From: Macrostomum hystrix
Taxonomy: Eukaryota; Animalia; Platyhelminthes
NCBI GenBank assembly: GCA_950097015.1
Contig: CATNEN010000038.1
Span: 15,996,001-16,060,000, forward strand
Reading direction: 5' to 3'
Length of the DNA: 64,000 nt
In this document: positions 61,672 to 64,000 of the stretch, in pieces
Layout: each line of letters begins with the position of its first letter
How positions within the stretch are numbered: the first letter of the stretch is position 1
Position numbers and translations under genes: made by a program
The notes under the pieces: generated by a model
The model's input: only the letters and a program-made list of their open reading frames with translations
The model's database searches: none
Told to the model about the DNA's origin: nothing

Positions 61672-63302
61672 CCTTTTCAACTTCGAATTCGTCAAAAGTG
61701 AGTTCGAATTCGTCAGCCTATATAAAACTATAGAGCGCTTAAGGGAATGAGAAGGGGTGTCTATGGTAATTTTTTTCGAGAAAGTGACTTCGAATTCGTC
61801 AAAGTAAGTGAAATTCGTCAGTGCAAAAGCAGCCTGATCAGAAAGTGTCTTCGCTTCGTCTATGGCAAGAAAGCAAAGTGCCCAGTGTAAATTTAAGCGA
61901 GAAAGTGAGTGAAATTCGTCAATGTAAAATAAGTCAGCAATCTTTCATTACTCATTTCCTGCTCTTATTGTTGTCAGAGATGCCATATATGAGAATTTCG
62001 TCTGTGGATCGCTCTAGACTCGTGCGATGTTTTCAACAGGGACGAGACTGGAGACTTCTCGCAGTTGAACTGGACATCAAGAGGACGACTGCCAATGACA
62101 TTATCAGAAGATATGTAGATGAAGATAGGATTGAACTTAACGCGCGTGGAGGTGTGGTGAGACCAAAGTTCACTGAGGAGATGCTCGAGGCATTGACGAG
62201 GTACGTGGAAGAGAAGCCGACTGTAACGCTAAAAGAAATGCACAGCAAAAGCTTGTGGCAGACTTTCCTGCTGCTCCTGTCGTGACAACGCAGGCCATTA
62301 GTCGTCGGCTTGACGGGACTTTGTGCATTACATTGAAAGATGTTCGGCGGGTTCACGGAGATTGGAATAGTGACGTGACAAAAGAAGCTAGATTTCTACA
62401 CATGACCTGGATGCTAGAAACTGGACTGTTTGTAAGGAATTTAATCTACGTAGATGAGTGTGGGTGCAACCTATGGACGGCACGAACTAAAGGATGGGCG
62501 GATTTTGGCAACCGCGCAGTAATGATTGCGAATTCGCAGCGTGGGCAAAATCTGACGGTAGCACTTGCTGTTTGCCCACAGTTGGGCCTGGTCCACCACC
62601 GCATCTTTGTTGGTCGCTTTACAGCAGAGAGGTTTCGTGAGTTTATGATTGAAGTCGGGACCCTTGTTGATGACGAGTTCACGGTACTTGCTGACAACGC
62701 CAGGGCACATGGAGTCGTGAATTTTGGGCGCCCTGACCAAAGGCTTCAGTTTCTTCCACCTTACTCGCCTTTCTTGAACGCCACTGAAATGGCAATTTCT
62801 TGCATGAAGGCGGCACTGAAACGGCGCATGACCGACCCTGAAGTTGTCTTTGAAGTGCATGATCGTCAGGCGGCTGTAGCAGCAGGTGAGACACTTCAGA
62901 ACCGGCGTCTTCGCATTTTGAGTCGAGAAGTGGAAGCTGCGATGGTTGCGATCACGGAGGAGAAATGCCGACAATGGCACGAATTCACACTTCGGTACGG
63001 ACCGCGGTGTCTGGCACATGGAGAAATTTTGGACTGACTACAGCGTGTTAACCTGTTCAAGCGACTTTAAAGCGTGATTTTGTGCGTCTGTTTTCCTGTT
63101 TTGTTTGTTTAGTTGCTGTTTTACTTCACGATTGACAATATATACTGGTTGCACTGACGAATTTCACTTACTTTGACGAATTCGAAGTCACTTTCTCGAA
63201 AGAAATTACCATAGACACCCTTCTCATTCCCTTGAGCGCTCTATAGTTTTATATAGGCTGACGAATTCGAAGTCACTTTTGACGAATCCGAAGTTGAAAA
63301 GG
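61672..63302 (+). mobile_element. IS630/Tc1-superfamily transposon with ~155-bp TIRs, TA TSD and split transposase (61980-62285 and 62255-63037)
   Basis: TA|CCTTTTCAACTTCGAATTCGTCAAAAGTG... and the mirror ...GAAGTTGAAAAGG|TA; HTH region, then LIYVDECG, VLADNARAH, FLPPYSPFLNATE. Confidence 0.92.
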
Positions 63303-63567
63303 TATATTGTACCATGACTACGTGGCTATCGGGCGGGCTGATATTCGATTATTGCCATAGACGATGTCATTTTGGCCCGAAAAGTTGGGCCGATAATGGA
63401 TTATTTTTGTGTATTTTAACGTATAGCCACATACTATAAGCCACATAGTCTATGGTACAATCACAGTATTACCCAGGCTTTGCGGGCGATAATGAGAAAT
63501 CCCTCGGGCGCCTTCGGCGCCCTCTGGCTTTCCCATTATCGCCCTGAAAGCCTGGGTAATAATATAC
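63303..63567. repeat. 265-bp double-hairpin module, right copy of a direct repeat
   Basis: Starts exactly at the TA following the right TIR; offset 1900 bp from the left copy. Confidence 0.92.
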
Positions 63568-64000
63568 TATTATAAAAAAATTATTACTGACTATGTGCGA
63601 CTTTTCAGCTCATTTATAGTGCATTCTAATTTCAGTGACAGGGCAAAATGTCTGTTGGTCGCAGAAAATTTGACCTCAGAATTGCAAGTTTTGCCAGACT
63701 TACGCATTATGATATTAATGATTCATAATAGGGACAACATTAACGACGAGTTAATCGTCTGTTTTTGAAAAAAAGTAACTAGTTTTAAAATAAGTAAAAA
63801 AGAAAAAAGACTGAATATATTTGCATACCAATCCTGTGAATTTTCAAGTTCTAGAAAATTCAGAATCACATCAATTTACTGCATATATAATTTCATGAGT
63901 ATATTATTACAGCGATGAAAAAACGACGAAAAATGATTGAATTTTGTGTTGGCACAAGTTTTAGCACAGTTCATAACGACTACAGTTGGTCAACTCAAAA

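Noticed and set aside
61672-63302. Fanzor/TnpB cargo in the IS630-like element
   Set aside because: The element is fully accounted for by TIRs and transposase; no RuvC or zinc-finger ORF

Overview
Eukaryotic (metazoan) genomic DNA with spliced genes, GC-rich exons and AT-rich introns/intergenic DNA crowded with 13-53 bp minisatellites. This style fits a free-living flatworm such as Macrostomum; that is an inference and was not verified. Nine protein-coding genes can be reconstructed with GT-AG junctions: MOK kinase (-), UBXN4 (+), an intronless peptide-type rhodopsin GPCR (+), SLC12A8 (-), an NPY/NPF-receptor-like GPCR (-), ACADM (-), AMPK beta subunit (+), and two intronless cytochrome-b5-fused fatty acid desaturases arranged as a near-identical inverted pair. 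Mobile DNA comprises a decayed non-LTR RT, two tRNA-derived SINE families, a GGG-ended MITE with a 4-bp TSD, two Tc1 elements and an IS630-like DD30E element. Most interesting: (1) the DD30E element is bracketed by two direct, near-identical 265-bp double-hairpin modules, like a composite transposon; (2) the desaturase pair is homogenised only across the catalytic coding region and has HIEHH instead of the canonical QxxHH third box; (3) ACADM, AMPK-beta and the desaturases form a lipid-metabolism neighbourhood; (4) CpG decay appears confined to the 5' gene bodies of housekeeping genes.
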